A stretch of 64,000 nucleotides of DNA from Eledone cirrhosa (taxonomy: Eukaryota), in the NCBI GenBank assembly GCA_964016885.1, contig OZ024746.1, positions 76,074,001 through 76,138,000 on the forward strand. Direction: 5' to 3'. The notes under the pieces were generated by a model. That model did not search any database and had not been told where the DNA came from. It saw only the letters and a program-made list of their open reading frames with translations. This document shows, piece by piece, positions 29,196-43,260 of the stretch. The translations under genes and the position numbers were made by a program. Positions within the stretch are counted from its first letter, which is position 1. The number at the start of each line of letters is the position of its first letter.

Positions 29196-29535
29196 ATCTG
29201 TATCTATATCTATTTGTCTCCCAGTAAATTTACTGAAAGGTGGGTGAATGAAGCGGAAATGGGCCTTCTCTGTTTATAAGCCCTGTAGGTTAAAGAAGAG
29301 ATCAAAAGGAAGAAGGGAGCACTGGCACAACACGCTCCTGAAGTTGAGGGTTGTTCTATTGACGGGGTATTAAAAAACCCATTTGTGCCCCCCACCCCCT
29401 CCCCTATTGGGGGTTTCGATTGTTATAATTGTTTGTTTCAATATTTTTACACGACTGTATGTAAAATCCTCGGCATGTGTCTTTGTATTGTCTCCTTTTC
29501 TTGTGCGCCCTTGTGGCAAGTAAAGAAATATATCT
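28812..29535 (+). mobile_element. two LINE 3' UTR/tail fragments each ending in (TATC)n
   Basis: ...CCCTGTGGCTAATAAAGAAAC-(TATC)n at ~29098 and ...TTGTGGCAAGTAAAGAAA-(TATC)n at ~29528; same tail reversed at 39400-39420. Confidence 0.6.
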
Positions 29536-29722
29536 ATCTCTCTATCTATCTGTCTCTCTATATATAATTTGTTTTTACTTTTGACACAAGGCAAGCTTTA
29601 TTCTATCGACCCCGTAAGGATGAAAGGCAAAGTTAACTTGGGCGGAGGATTTGAACTTAGAACGTAAAGGGCCATAACTCTATGCCGAAAATCATGCTGT
29701 CTGACGCTCTGCCAATCCACCG

Positions 29723-29777
<55 letters not shown>

Positions 29778-29779
<2 letters not shown>

Positions 29780-30314
29780 TAAATCTACCAAAAGTTTACG
29801 GTAGTGTCCAATCCGTATGAAGAACTCAATGTAATCCGGATATCATGAAAAGAAGAGATGCATTCAAAAACCACTTTCGGTGAAAGATAAACGGAAAACA
29901 GAGTCAAGATAAATTATTAAAAAAATAATGAATAAACAAAGAAACAGTTCCTTATATTAAACAAAAAAAGTTCATTATTTTACGATCGTTTCTAGGACAT
30001 ATATGTGTTAGAATTGGTATGCATATTCAAAAGATCTATGTACAAAATTATACAAACTATCAGAGGGAATATACATACCTTCACATATATATGCTGTCTT
30101 CAGAAATAAGACATTATTTCTGAAGACAGCATATATATGTGAAGGTATGTATATTCCCTCTGATAGTTTGTATAATTTTGTACATAGATCTTTTGAATAT
30201 GCATACCAATTCTAACACATATATGTCCTAGAAACGATCGTAAAATAATGAACTTTTTTTGTTTAATATAAGGAACTGTTTTTTTGTTTATTCATTATTT
30301 TTTTAATAATTTAT
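29778..30314. mobile_element. Penelope-like fold-back element (family C), 201-bp arms 29909-30109 / 30114-30314
   Basis: One mismatch seen, 4-nt loop, extra tail 29778-29908, TA runs on both sides. Confidence 0.75.
30112..30250 (+). ncRNA. type I hammerhead with ~100-nt extended stem II (mirror copy 29973-30109 on -)
   Basis: cattattt-CTGAAGA-[catatatatgtg..ggtatgtatattc...gaatatgcatacc..cacatatatg]-GAAA-cgatc-GTA^-aaataatg; base of stem II is poorly paired. Confidence 0.65.
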
Positions 30315-30328
30315 ATATATATATATAT

Positions 30329-30972
30329 ATAAGTATGTATACGTACATACATATATGAATACAGACGTACAGTAGTATGTATATATATATATACATACAT
30401 GCACACATATATATATGTACGTATGAATTCACCGAACATTTATTATAATGCTCGGTGTGTTTGTAAACAAACATCCCGAGTTAAGCCGTACAGTGTCTAG
30501 CAACCATCGTTGCTCATTTGTTCAACACTGACAAAGGAACGCTGTACTAGTTTCAAGCTTATTAGCTATCGTCAGCAACGTATACCTTCCTGCCAGATGA
30601 TTGAACGTCTGAAAGTATATACTTTCTTTATGCATATTAACGACTGAGCAGCCTAATTTGCATATCGAGTGAGTTAATCGGCCGGGCATACCGAAAACGA
30701 TAAACGGAAAAAATGAAACGAAATTTCATTTCTCACTCTTAGTACGGCTGTTACTTAAATATAAGTATGTATACGTACATACATATATGTATACAGACGC
30801 ACAGTAGTATGTATATATATATACATACATGCACACATATATATATGTACGTATGAATTCACCGAACATTTATTATAATGCTCGGTGTGTTTGTAAACAA
30901 ACATCCCGAATTAAGCCGTCAGCAAATTAGGCTGCTCAGCCGTTAATATGCATAAGGAAAGTATATACTTTA
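30329..30972 (-). mobile_element. hammerhead repeat family D, ~1.4 units plus inverted piece
   Basis: Unit restarts at ~30757; 30924-30972 is the reverse complement of ~30613-30662; near-identical to 40980-41720. Confidence 0.8.
30540..30580 (-). ncRNA. minimal type I hammerhead ribozyme
   Basis: cgttg-CTGACGA-tagct(aata)agctt-GAAA-cta-GTA^-cagcg; palindromic stem III ACTAGT. Confidence 0.82.
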
Positions 30973-31118
30973 CACATGTAATACTTATGGTCCTGTGAGT
31001 GTTTTGAGCAAAAAATATTTCAAATTTTCAATGCCCGAGGGACCGCATTAGACGATTTAGCGATCTTTCTCTATAACTCTTAGTCTTTCTGTTTAGATAG
31101 ATACATAGATATAACGTT

Positions 31119-31676
31119 GCGCCCTTATAATATCTGTCTGTATGTCTGACTGTCTGCATTACGACATTATGCCGCTATATGTGTGTGTATATATGTATAT
31201 ATAATGTGTGTATATATATATATATAGTGTGTAACGTTTCTCGAAATATTTACTTCTGCGTTCACAGATTGATTTTTTTTAGTTTCAGAAAATCCCGTTA
31301 AGGGTGAAAGCAGTGATTCTTTGCGTAAACTTTAATCTGTAATTTATATATATAAATATATATATATATATATTATATATATATATATATATATTGTATA
31401 TAACGAAGGAAATGTGGTAAGGAACCAGGTGGACCATAACGCACCAAAGTACAGCCGTCGAAACGGCTTGAGCTCAGCCGTCGGGGTCTTACTGGTTCCT
31501 ATATATTGTATATATATATATATATAATTATATATTCGTGTACAGATATTTTTGCATACACAATAACAAAATATAAACAAACGTATTTATTTCACGAGGC
31601 TCGATAAGGATAAATATATATCAAATATATAAGAACAATAGAGCAAATCCCGATCAACGCCGGGCCATTCTGCTAG
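31119..31676 (+). mobile_element. Helitron-like non-autonomous element, 3' part
   Basis: Shares internal blocks with 46900-47140; ends with CCCGATCAACGCCGGG hairpin plus CTAG|T. Confidence 0.7.
31402..31503. mobile_element. family F element (reversed tail plus 3' half hammerhead) in (TA)n, nested in the Helitron
   Basis: Same sequence blocks as 47937-48131 and 55337-55511. Confidence 0.7.
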
Positions 31677-32229
31677 TATACACTAGATGAGGGCGACGTC
31701 TTTTCCTTCTTTCTGTCACACTCACACACACACACTCTCTCTCTCTCTCTCTAAGTAAATGACGTTTCTTTTCTCTCTCTACTTATGTACATATTTCTCG
31801 CTTGGCGCTCCCCCCCCCCTCTCTTTATAGAAATGACGGCGACTTAACATTCTGCCATCTACCTCTTTCTATCACCTCGAAAACACACAATGTTCCCATT
31901 TCTCTTTCTAACTATGTGTTTCCCTCGCTAACCCTTCGCGGCTACGCCTTCTCAATTCTGGCCCCTTGGATCACGATCCGGCTTGCCCCTGGAATACTGC
32001 CAACCCAAGAATGCTCTCCCACATCGTCCGGGTGTGTACCATTGGGGTAGCAATGATTGAGGGTATTTTCTCATATTTGTTATTGTATTTAGACCCACTG
32101 TTATTACAATTCACCTCACACTTCTATTGCTTCGCAATTTCCTGATTACTATTATTACTACAGTCACTGTAGGGTCTCCAGACAAGCAGTAAGGGAGGAG
32201 AAGCTGGTATTAATATATATATATATATA

Positions 32230-32316
<87 letters not shown>

Positions 32317-32385
32317 GTATATATGTGTATATATATGTATATATATGTATATATATATATATATATAAGCAAAGGGATATTTATT

Positions 32386-32448
<63 letters not shown>

Positions 32449-32516
32449 ACATACATATATTTATATATATACATACATATATTTATATATATATATATAA
32501 ACAAATTATAAACGTA

Positions 32517-33241
<725 letters not shown>

Positions 33242-33364
33242 CACCACTAGAGAAGCAGACATTACCTTACTATCACCTTAAGTACTTAAAGTTGAATTAT
33301 TGTTTTGTTTGGAGTCACCAGGTTCTCACAGCCTTGAAATTAATCTGTATGGAGACGTTCAACA

Positions 33365-34140
33365 TTGTCGTCAACCCCATCGTCATCATCGTCATCGTCA
33401 TCATCGTCATCATCATCATCGTCATCGTCATCGTCGTCGTCATCATCGTCGTCTTCGTTGTCTTCGTTCTCATCATCTTCTTCATCGTCATCGTCGACGT
33501 CATCGATATCATCATCGTCGTCATCGATATCATCGTCATTATTAACGTCGTCGTCACCTCCACCACCACCACCGCCACCACCACCGCCGCCGCCGCCATC
33601 ACCACCATTACCGTCACCACCACCGCCGCCACCACCACCGCCGCCGCCATCACCACCATCACCACCACCGCCGCCATCACCACCACCACCACCACCGCCG
33701 CCACCGCCGCCGCCATCACCATCACCACCATCACCACCACCACCACCACCATCACCACCACCACCACCACCACCATCACCACCACCACCATCAACACCAC
33801 CACCGCCACCACCGCCGCCGCCGCCATCACCATCACCACCACCACCACCACCACCACCACCACCACCGCCGCCGGCATCACCACCACCACCACCACCATC
33901 ACCACCACCACCACCACCACCACCACCACCGCCGCCGGCATCACCACCACCACCACCACCACCATCGACGCCACCGCCGCCGCCACCACCGCCACCACCA
34001 CCGCCGCCACCACCGCCACCACCACCGCCGCCATCACCACCACCACCACCATCACCACCGCCACCACCGCCGCCGCCACCACCGCCACCACCACCACCGC
34101 CGCCATCACCACCATCATCATCATCATTATCATCAACAAC
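33365..34140. repeat. compound trinucleotide repeat (CAT/CGT then CAC/CGC/CAT)
   Basis: Open in most frames only because the repeat lacks stops. Confidence 0.92.
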
Positions 34141-34152
34141 AATATTTTTATT

Positions 34153-34365
34153 GTGGATTGGCAGTATAGGTAGAGCGTCGGACACCATGCGTTGTGGCAT
34201 ATAGTTACGTCTCTTTACGTTCTCAGTTCAAATCCCGCCGAGGTTAACTTTGCCTTTCATCCTTACGGGGGTCGATAAAATAAAGTACCAGTAATACACT
34301 GGGTAGATTTAATTGATTTTCTTCTCCACACAAATTGCTGACCTTGTGTCTAAATTAGAAATCCT
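34153..34365 (+). mobile_element. SINE-A full-length (long form)
   Basis: Includes the GGTAGATTTAATTGA segment absent from short-form copies. Confidence 0.85.
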
Positions 34366-34774
34366 TACTACCCCCACCACACACCGGCCCCCCACCACCC
34401 ACAACACCACCGCCACCACCATCATCACGATCATCATCGTTGTTCTCCTTAGTTGCTCTTCATGAAGCACCGATGTGTCATAGACTCCTCGGACATTTAA
34501 GAGTAAATAGACTTTAGTATGAAAGTACTAAGGGTGGCTTAGTACTTTCATACTAAATTTCTATTTATTTATGTTATTTTTTTTTTATACTGATGTCGAC
34601 ATACAAGTTTGTGTGTGGGGTGGGGGTTGGGGGGTAAGAAAAACAAAGAAACACAAAGACAATGGTCAGCAGAATTCAATGTTGCTTTGAAAAGATTTGC
34701 CGGAGTTCTTAAGGAGGATTTAACAGATTTTCGTGAACAGGTTATACATCGGACATGTCACGTTTCATAAAGGA

Positions 34775-35415
34775 CGCGGATTAGTGGTTAGGGTGTTTGG
34801 CCCTCGATTGTAAGGTCGTCAGATCGATTCTCTTTCGAGGGTCTTCAAGCAAGATACTTTATTTCACGTTGTTACAGTACACTCAGCTGGGGAAAAAATA
34901 AAGTAGTACCTGTAATTGAAAGGGCCAGCCTTGACACATACACTCCATGTCATGCTGAATCTTCCTGAAAACTGTGTTAAGAGTGCACGTGTCTGTGGAA
35001 TGCGTTGTTACATCGACGTTAATATCATGAGCGCGCTGTTCTGTTAATCGAACAGCTGGAACACTCGTCGTCGGATCCTATAGTTTTCCAAAAACAACAA
35101 CAAATATTTATGACGCTTCGTGGTTAGGGTGCTGTGTTCATTATTTCACGTGGATTGGCAGTATCGGTAGAGAGTCGGACACCATGCTTTGAAGCATAGA
35201 GTTACGTCCCTTTATGATCTGAGTTCAAATCCCGCCGAGGTTAACTTTGCCTTTCATCCTTACGGGTTCGATAAAATAAAGTACCAGTAATGCACTGGGT
35301 AATTTTCTGGCCTTGTGCCAAAAAGTAGAAACAATTATTTCACATTGCTTCAGTCCACTCAATTGGAAAAAATTAATTTTTACGTGTAATTAATTCAAAG
35401 GGCCAGCCTTGTCAC
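34775..35415 (+). mobile_element. SINE-B copies with a nested SINE-A (35150-35338)
   Basis: SINE-A sits inside a second SINE-B between duplicated TTATTTCAC. Confidence 0.7.
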
Positions 35416-35480
35416 ACACACATCACCAGCATCACCAGTACTTACGTCGTCGACGTCACATTCAGCATCAGTATCATTAT

Positions 35481-35521
<41 letters not shown>

Positions 35522-35750
35522 GTGTAGCTACATACATTACTTACATGACACAAGTCAAAACATAGACTCACAAGCACAATGACATGCATGCGTGCAACAC
35601 ACGTATATACGTATGAAGATACATATATGACTATCTAGCTATGTCTAAGTTCCTATAAAATAGCCTTGTTTTTCAGTTACAGATCGTATTTTTTCTATTG
35701 TAGAGGAATTTGAAAAATACTACCATAAACTACGCACACACACACACACA

Positions 35751-35821
<71 letters not shown>

Positions 35822-35900
35822 TGTATAGAAGGAGAAAAGTTCTAACGTGTATTGAGTACCTTACTTACTGTGGTTATCCCCGACTCAACCCGGGACCTAC

Positions 35901-35972
<72 letters not shown>

Positions 35973-36070
35973 TACAGTAATCAGTGCTAGGAATTTACGT
36001 GTGTATGAATTAAATAAACCTCAAACATACCACAAAAAGAAAATATGGAACATTTGCTACACAGTTATCT

Positions 36071-36118
36071 CAGGCAATATTTAAATATTTCAGTAATTAT
36101 TCACTTCGTCAGCCGCTG
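36071..36118 (-). ncRNA. degenerate type I hammerhead
   Basis: CTGACGA-agtga(ataa)ttact-GAAA-tatttaaata-TT-gcctg; palindromic stem III, stem I out of register. Confidence 0.5.
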
Positions 36119-37134
36119 TTGAACTAAACATAGTTACTTTTTTAGCCACACAGTATATAGTAGTTGCTGATATCATGAGTTGTTGGTCTATAAATCAACT
36201 AGGAACATACAAAGGAATGAAACTATTTCTATATATACCACCAAGGAATAAAAACTGTCTTAGAAAGGTAAAGAGAAATACCTTCAGGGTACTCTATTGG
36301 GGAATAGACACACTTGAGCCTAGACAAGTACAATTTTAGTTCTTCTAAAAATGGCATACAATGCCCAAGAATGCACTCAACACGTAGGCGGTGCTTTGAA
36401 GGTAATAAGTGAGGGCCATTTATTACGAATACGGATAATGTTGGTGTCTAATTTAAGCACAAGACTAGCAGATTTGGAAGAAAGGTAAAATTAATTAAAA
36501 TCTACCTCAGTACTTGACCAGTACTTTATTTTGTTGATCTCGAAAGGACGAAAGACAAAGTTGGTCTCAGCGTGATTTGAACTCAGAATGTAAAGAGCCA
36601 GAACAAATAACGAATTGTCATTTTATCTGACGCTCTACCAATTCTGCCAATACACCACAATGTAAACAAAATGTTATTGTTATCAAAACTATTGGGTTCC
36701 AAACACGCTCAAGATATTGCTATATCCTCTTTTGTAATTAAAAAAACACCTCCAGAAACTTCATATGAAATACAACCTTATAGGAGACCGGCTACAGTTG
36801 CACAAATATTAGCTGTAATAACTTATGAAATATAACCTTATACGAAGCAAGCTAAATCTGCACAGGTTTGAGCAGTAACAACGATATCCCCCCAGAAATC
36901 TCCTATAAAATGCAATCTTAGGGAAGCCGGTTAAACCTGCACAAACGTAGATGTGAAGTGTACCTAAAACAACTATAAACAAGTCTGTTCACAAGTCTAC
37001 AAGTTCAAACAAGGACTGCAGAAAGAGAGATAACTGTACTGCCATGTAAACTTTGAAATCAGATGTCTACTACTATTGTGGTTTTGGTCTTTCGCAAAAA
37101 ATTGAATTTCTTTTACGGGTATGTATTTGGCATA

Positions 37135-37189
<55 letters not shown>

Positions 37190-38329
37190 ATATGTGTGTG
37201 TGTGTGTATGTATTTGTACCCCCCCCCCCATATATATATGGGGAGTGGGGGTGTTTGAAGGCGTGTGTGTGTGTGTATTTGTAAAAAATATTAATATTTT
37301 TTTTAATCTGAGCCTACAAAAAGTAAGTAAACTTACAGACAGCGACTATCAAAGTATGGCAGAGATTTTAAACTGATCTTCACACTGGCTGGATTACTGG
37401 CCTCCTTAACTTTATTTAGATGATTTAATCCAGCAAATATAACTAAGCTTGAACGTCTCTCCTGACATTTAGGCAACATTTAAAAACAACATACTCAGAT
37501 CTCAAGTATATTCTCTGGGATTGGTCTTTGTTGTCATCGCTGCCGCCGTCGTCGTCGTTGTTGCTGTTGTTGATGATGGTGATGAGCCTCCGTCGATTCC
37601 GACGATGAGTGACCCAGTACTTCGAAAAACGGAATAATTTGCTCGTACAGATATCATGCAAGTGACTGAGCATTCTATGGTCACAATGTGTGACAAGGCT
37701 AGCCATTTAAAATATTCATTTTTGTTAGCTGAGTAGATCGGTGCAACGTGAAATAAAGTGTCTTGTTCAAGGACGCAACACGGAACCCACCATTTTGTGA
37801 TCATGTGTCCAACACTTTAACCACTAAGCTACGTACTCACACTTGGACTGGTAACTATGTATTCTCTCTCCGTTTTATTAACTCCATATGAATTTACTTT
37901 TCAAAATAGAGGAGTATCAGCCTAATCATCTGTCAAAACGCAATGAAAATAATTCCGTAGTTTAACCTTTTTACTGCTATAATTCTAAGGCAAGACACTG
38001 TCTATGATTTTAATATAATTAACCGTTTCGTTATTAAACCGGTGTCTGGAACGTAACTTAATATAGGTTCGAACATTAAATAATGGTGAATGTTTTTAGA
38101 TAAATATAAATATTAAAAAAACAAAGTCTAGTATCATAGAAACAGTAGCAGTTTTAAGCAGTTTAGTATTAAAAAAAAGGTCATAGAAATACAATTTCTT
38201 TACATGTCAGTGTAATTCGGTATATTGTCTATACGTTGTTTACATTCGTTTAATATTTTGAATTTTGAAGATGAATTAATAAAATATTTTATGCACGCAA
38301 CATCTATGAAACCTTCTGCTTTAAATTGT

Positions 38330-38915
38330 ATGATTGAGAAAAGGCTAGGAAAAACTTTATTATGGAGTAAACGATCATCACGACAATGCACTCACTCATT
38401 CTGCATTCTCCAAGGCTCCCATAAGAGGTTCTAAAGGAAGTCTTGCTTTCCTATCCTTATAGTCCAGGTTTGGCCCCGTTAGACTTTTTTTTTTATTTCC
38501 CATAACTGAAGGAACCCTTAAAAGGACTAGGTCTTGACATGACAATGGTTTTTAATTGAAGCACGAGGCCAATAATTTGGAGAAGAAGAAAGTCGATTAA
38601 AACGACCCCAGTACATAACTGGTATACTGATTCACCGACTCTGCATGGGTGAAAGGCAAATTTGACTTCGGTGGAATTTGGACTCAGAACGCAAAAAAAA
38701 CGTAACTAAATCCCGCAAAGCACTTTGACAGACGCTCTAACGTTTCTTCCAAACGATGACCCTTACGTTTTGACTCAGTAATGGGAGCCGAGACAACATT
38801 TTCACAAAATGTTTCAGTCTGGAGAGTCAGACTTCTCTAAACGTGGATTAGACACATGGAAACATCGTCTATAAAAGAGTATTTAGAATGGATGTTACGT
38901 TGAAAAATAGTGTAT
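38330..38915 (+). mobile_element. mariner transposase 3' remnant interrupted by SINE-A (38550-38755, -)
   Basis: HHDNALTH, YPYSPGLAPLDFF.FP.LK, then ...RGLDTWKHRL...YVEK*. Confidence 0.75.
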
Positions 38916-39389
38916 TTACATTCTATTATTCATGTAAATAAATGTTGCTTTCTTAAATAATTTTCGAGGACTTTCGCAATTACCGGCGTATATGTGTGTG
39001 TGTATATACATATAGAAAGTATATATGAGTATGCGTATATATATATATTTATAGAGAGGGAGAGGGAGAGACGGAGAGAGAGAGAGAAATACGTACATAT
39101 ATACATAAATACACGCATATGTTATTCTGTATATAACATAATTTGAGGAAACTCTTAATTATCAAAATAGAACACACACACACACGCGCGCACACACACA
39201 TATAGTTCTTTCTTTACGCGCGCGCACATACACACACATGAAAATATATGAAAACGGAGAACAATTACTTGTAAATGTAGGTCAAGACGTTTTACGTCTG
39301 AAACAAAGATGTTTCTCCCCTATTTCACTTATATAAGATGGGGGGAGGGGAATAGATGGATTGATAGATAGGGGAGGAGGGAAGGGAGA

Positions 39390-40195
39390 AGTAAATAATA
39401 ATGGTTTCTTTATTAGCCACGCAAGGTTCACATTAACAAAACATTAAGGACTGCACATGACGGTACATGACTGCACAGTGTGGGTTTTTGCGTGTAAAAA
39501 GGGTTTTTAACAAAAACAAGGAAAATATGTAAAACATTTGAACAAAATAAATTTCCCAATAGAGGGAATTCCCAAGGGTCACACACAGAGAAAGACCACA
39601 AAAATTCTCGGTCACCCCAACAACGACGTCACTCGTACTCTCCACTAACATTTTTTAGAATGCCAAGGTGGAATCTCCACCGATTGGCTGAGGGCAGTGA
39701 GCACTTGCAGACATTCCAGTCTCCAAGCCCTTCCTCTCGGTCTTCGCTTGACCCAAGACTGCAGATCCCTTAAGGAGACGAGCTGGGGAAAAACGTATCT
39801 AGCGAATGGCAATCACATTTGTTCTATGAAAATGTGGAGATGTCGTAACCTCAGTGCATGCTTGCGCATCATCGGCCACAGCATTCCCAGTCCTCTGGCT
39901 GTTGACAGCAAATTGACCGTTTGACTAGTAGAACTTATCGCTTTCACAAAAAAGCGAAAAGAATGGGCTTTCTCTGAATATGCGCCTGTAGATTGGAGGA
40001 GAATAACTGGGAGCTGGCACTTGCAATAGCGATCAGAATAACCGTGACCTATTGTGAGCTTTCTCCAAGATCATCGGAAGTCCTCCCTATCAGGGAATCT
40101 ATTTTGTTTGAATTTATTACAAGTACCGTCCTATGCCGTCCTTAACGGTTTTTTTTTTTAATCCGAGCCCTGTGTGACAAATAAAGAAACCATTG
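39390..40195. mobile_element. LINE 3' remnants
   Basis: Reversed GTGGCTAATAAAGAAACC tail at 39400-39420, GC-richer body, second tail GTGACAAATAAAGAAACC at ~40190. Confidence 0.5.
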
Positions 40196-40385
40196 GTGAA
40201 TTGGCAGTATCGGTAGAGGGTTGGACGCCATACTTTCCAGCATAGTTACGTCCCTTTACAGTCTGAGTTCAAATCCCGCCGAGGTTAACTTTGCCTTTCA
40301 TCCTTACGGGGTCGATAAAATAAAGTACCAGTAATGTACTGGATAATTGCTGGCCTTGTGCCTTAAGTAGAAACAATTATTATTA
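40195..40385 (+). mobile_element. SINE-A
   Basis: Near full-length short-form copy. Confidence 0.85.
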
Positions 40386-40918
40386 TTATCATCATACATG
40401 TGTGTGAGAGTGTGTGTGTGCATAATTGGGGCATATTTTTCGTGTTATTCAGTGCATGTATATGCGTGTGTGTTATATGTATATGTGTCTATATATGTGT
40501 TCTGCATAAACAAAAAACAGCCTTACTCTCAAAGAACAATTCAGTTCAAAAGAACAACATTCTTAGTTTCGCAGTTGACCTTCCCTCCCTTTATCTTCAC
40601 CTCACACTTACAGCTATTTCCCCTCACATTCTTATCTCACACTCAAACTTACTTACCCTCTCATTCTCACGCGCACATTTTCTGTATTTCCCTTTCCTCT
40701 CTCCCTCTTCCAGTTTCACTGCTGTCTCAATATATTTACTTCCAATATGTAATTTTTACTATAAACTACTGAATCATCAGTCATCATAAAGATCGTAACT
40801 TGGCCCCCATGCAGTGAATTAAGTCACTCGTACAGCGATTCTTACAGAATGTCAGCCCTTACATTCATACTAGCCCCCCCCCCCATTAATCTTATTACAG
40901 TGAAATAACGAGGCCGGC

Positions 40919-40984
<66 letters not shown>

Positions 40985-41210
40985 TATGTATACGTACATA
41001 CATATATGTATACAGACGTACAGTAGTATGTATATATATATACATACATGCACACATATATATATATGTACGTATGGATTCACCGAACATTTATTATAAT
41101 GCTCGGTGTGTTTGTAAACAACATCCGTATTAAGCCGTAAGCAACATCCCGTATTAAGCCGTAGTGTCTAGCAACCATCGTTGCTCGTTTGTTCAACACT
41201 GACAAAGGAA

Positions 41211-41251
41211 CGCTGTACTAGTTTCAAGCTTATTAGCTATCGTCAGCAACG
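41211..41251 (-). ncRNA. minimal type I hammerhead ribozyme
   Basis: Identical to 30540-30580. Confidence 0.82.
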
Positions 41252-41634
41252 TATACCTTCCTTCCAGAGGATTGAACGTCTGAAAGTATATACTTTCCTT
41301 ATGCATATTAACGACTGAGCAGCCTAATTTGCATATCGCGTGGGTTAATCGGCCGGGTGCACCGAAAACGATAAACGGAAAAAATGAAACGAAATTTCAT
41401 TTCCCACTCTTAGTACGGCTGTTACTTAAATATAAGTATGTATATGTACATACATATATGTATACAGACGTACAGTAGTATGTATATATACATACATGCA
41501 CACATATATATATGTACGTATGGATTCACCGAACATTTATTATAATGCTCGGTGTGTTTGTAAACAAACATCCCGTATTAAGCCGTAGTGTCTAGCAACC
41601 ATCGTTGCTCGTTTGTTCAACACTGACAAAGGAA

Positions 41635-41675
41635 CGATGTACTAGTTTCAAGCTTATTAGCTATCGTCAGCAACG
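41635..41675 (-). ncRNA. minimal type I hammerhead ribozyme
   Basis: As above with one stem I change (catcg). Confidence 0.78.
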
Positions 41676-41893
41676 TATACCTTCCTGCCAGATGATTGAA
41701 CGTCTGAAAGTATATACTTTCCTATAATAAATGTTCGGTGAATCCATACGTACATATATATATATATGTGTGCATGTATGTATATATACATACTACTGTA
41801 CGTCTGTATACATATATGTATGTACGTATACATACTTATATTTAAGTAACAGCCATACATTTTTTCCGTTTATATATATATATATATATATAT

Positions 41894-42214
41894 GTGAAGT
41901 AATTCCATCGGAAAAGTCCAGGAAAAAAGAGTGCTCTATGTATGCAACAGAGCTTAATTATTATTATTATGTAATAAACAACATAAGGCAATTATTCCAT
42001 TTACCAGTGGTTTCTTAAAAGCAAAAGGTTTTGCTTTCAATCCTCAGAATGAAAAATCCTGGTTTGTTTATTGAATATGGATTCTAAAGTTTTTAGAATC
42101 CATATTCAATAAACAAACCAGGATTTTTCATTCTGAGGATTGAAAGCAAAACCTTTTGCTTTTAAGAAACCACTGGTAAATGGAATAATTGCCTTATGTT
42201 GTTTATTACATAAT

Positions 42215-42221
<7 letters not shown>
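41894..42221. mobile_element. Penelope-like fold-back element (family E), 130-bp arms 41959-42088 / 42092-42221
   Basis: Apparently perfect palindrome with a 3-nt loop, extra tail 41894-41958, TA flanks. Confidence 0.75.
42126..42185 (+). ncRNA. type I hammerhead ribozyme (mirror 41995-42054 on -)
   Basis: tttcatt-CTGAGGA-ttgaaagcaaaa(cc)ttttgcttttaa-GAAA-ccactg-GTA^-aatggaa. Confidence 0.82.
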
Positions 42222-42293
<72 letters not shown>

Positions 42294-42489
42294 CACAGAG
42301 AGAGAGAAACACGTAGTTACGTAACCTGAGAAGTATGAGGTAAACTACTCGTCACAAGCTTTAATATATTTTTTTTTTTTTTATTAATGAGGACTATAGA
42401 AAGAAGGATAAGAGAAAGGGCCCTTAAATTCTTGGGCATTTTAAAACACGAAATGAGGCAGGGATCACTTTTTTTCAATAAAGTTAAAA

Positions 42490-43260
42490 TACAATAAAAT
42501 TCGTGGTTTCGAGCTCAGTTCGACTGCATGATTCGTTGAGCAAATTTTTTTTTTTTTAATTCGCAAAAATGTTTTTTAAGTCACAAGTTGACCATTGCTT
42601 TGTGAATGAAATCTAGTAAACGGAAACTGGAAAAAGCCCGTCGTATATATGTATATATGTATATTTGTGAGTGCGTATGTGTCTATGTTTACAAAGACAG
42701 ATACGTGGTTCGACAAAAAGAGATCAATAAGATAAGTACCATTGAGATGAAAAAGTACTGGGAAAAATATAATCGACTAATTTTCTTTCTAATCTGTGTG
42801 TCCCAGCATAGGCGCAGTCTAATGACTGAAACCAGTTAAAAATAAAAGAACGTATATAGTTAGATAATGTGTGTTGATATAGAATCTAGAAAAAGAGTGA
42901 CAATAAAACATCAAATGCTTTTATAACAGAAGATAAAACGTTGTCACAAATATGCAATTGGTCAGCTAATAACTCTGTCTAGACGAAAATAGAAAAAAAC
43001 CGTTACGAAAGTGGAAGCAAAAATGTGGAGCATTGTGTGTATGCGATGTGTGTGTGTGTGTGTGTGCGTGTGCGTGTGTGCGTGTGCGTGTTTGCATCTG
43101 TTTTTAATGTTCCGTAACGTAGCGTTTCGACAAAAGCAAATTGATAAAATAAGTACCAGGCTCGAAAAAAATAAGTACTGCGGTCGATATGATCAATAAC
43201 TATATCTATTTAAGGAGGTGCCACAGCATGGCCGCCGTCAAATGACTGAAGCTAGTAAAA
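42490..43260 (+). mobile_element. diverged SINE family C copies
   Basis: Twice ...ACAAAAAG..GATAA.ATAAGTACC...AAGTACTG...CAGCAT.GC..GTC.AATGACTGAA. Confidence 0.55.

Larger units (their letters stand above)
40980..41870 (-). mobile_element. hammerhead tandem repeat family D (two ribozymes 424 nt apart, inverted 5' arm 41723-41870)
   Basis: Tandem unit visible directly; flanked by (TA)n. Confidence 0.82.

Noticed and set aside
34505-34568. Short AT-rich hairpin (TTTAGTATGAAAGTACTAAG / CTTAGTACTTTCATACTAAA)
   Set aside because: Real but isolated; no ribozyme, TA flanks or second copy, so no function can be argued
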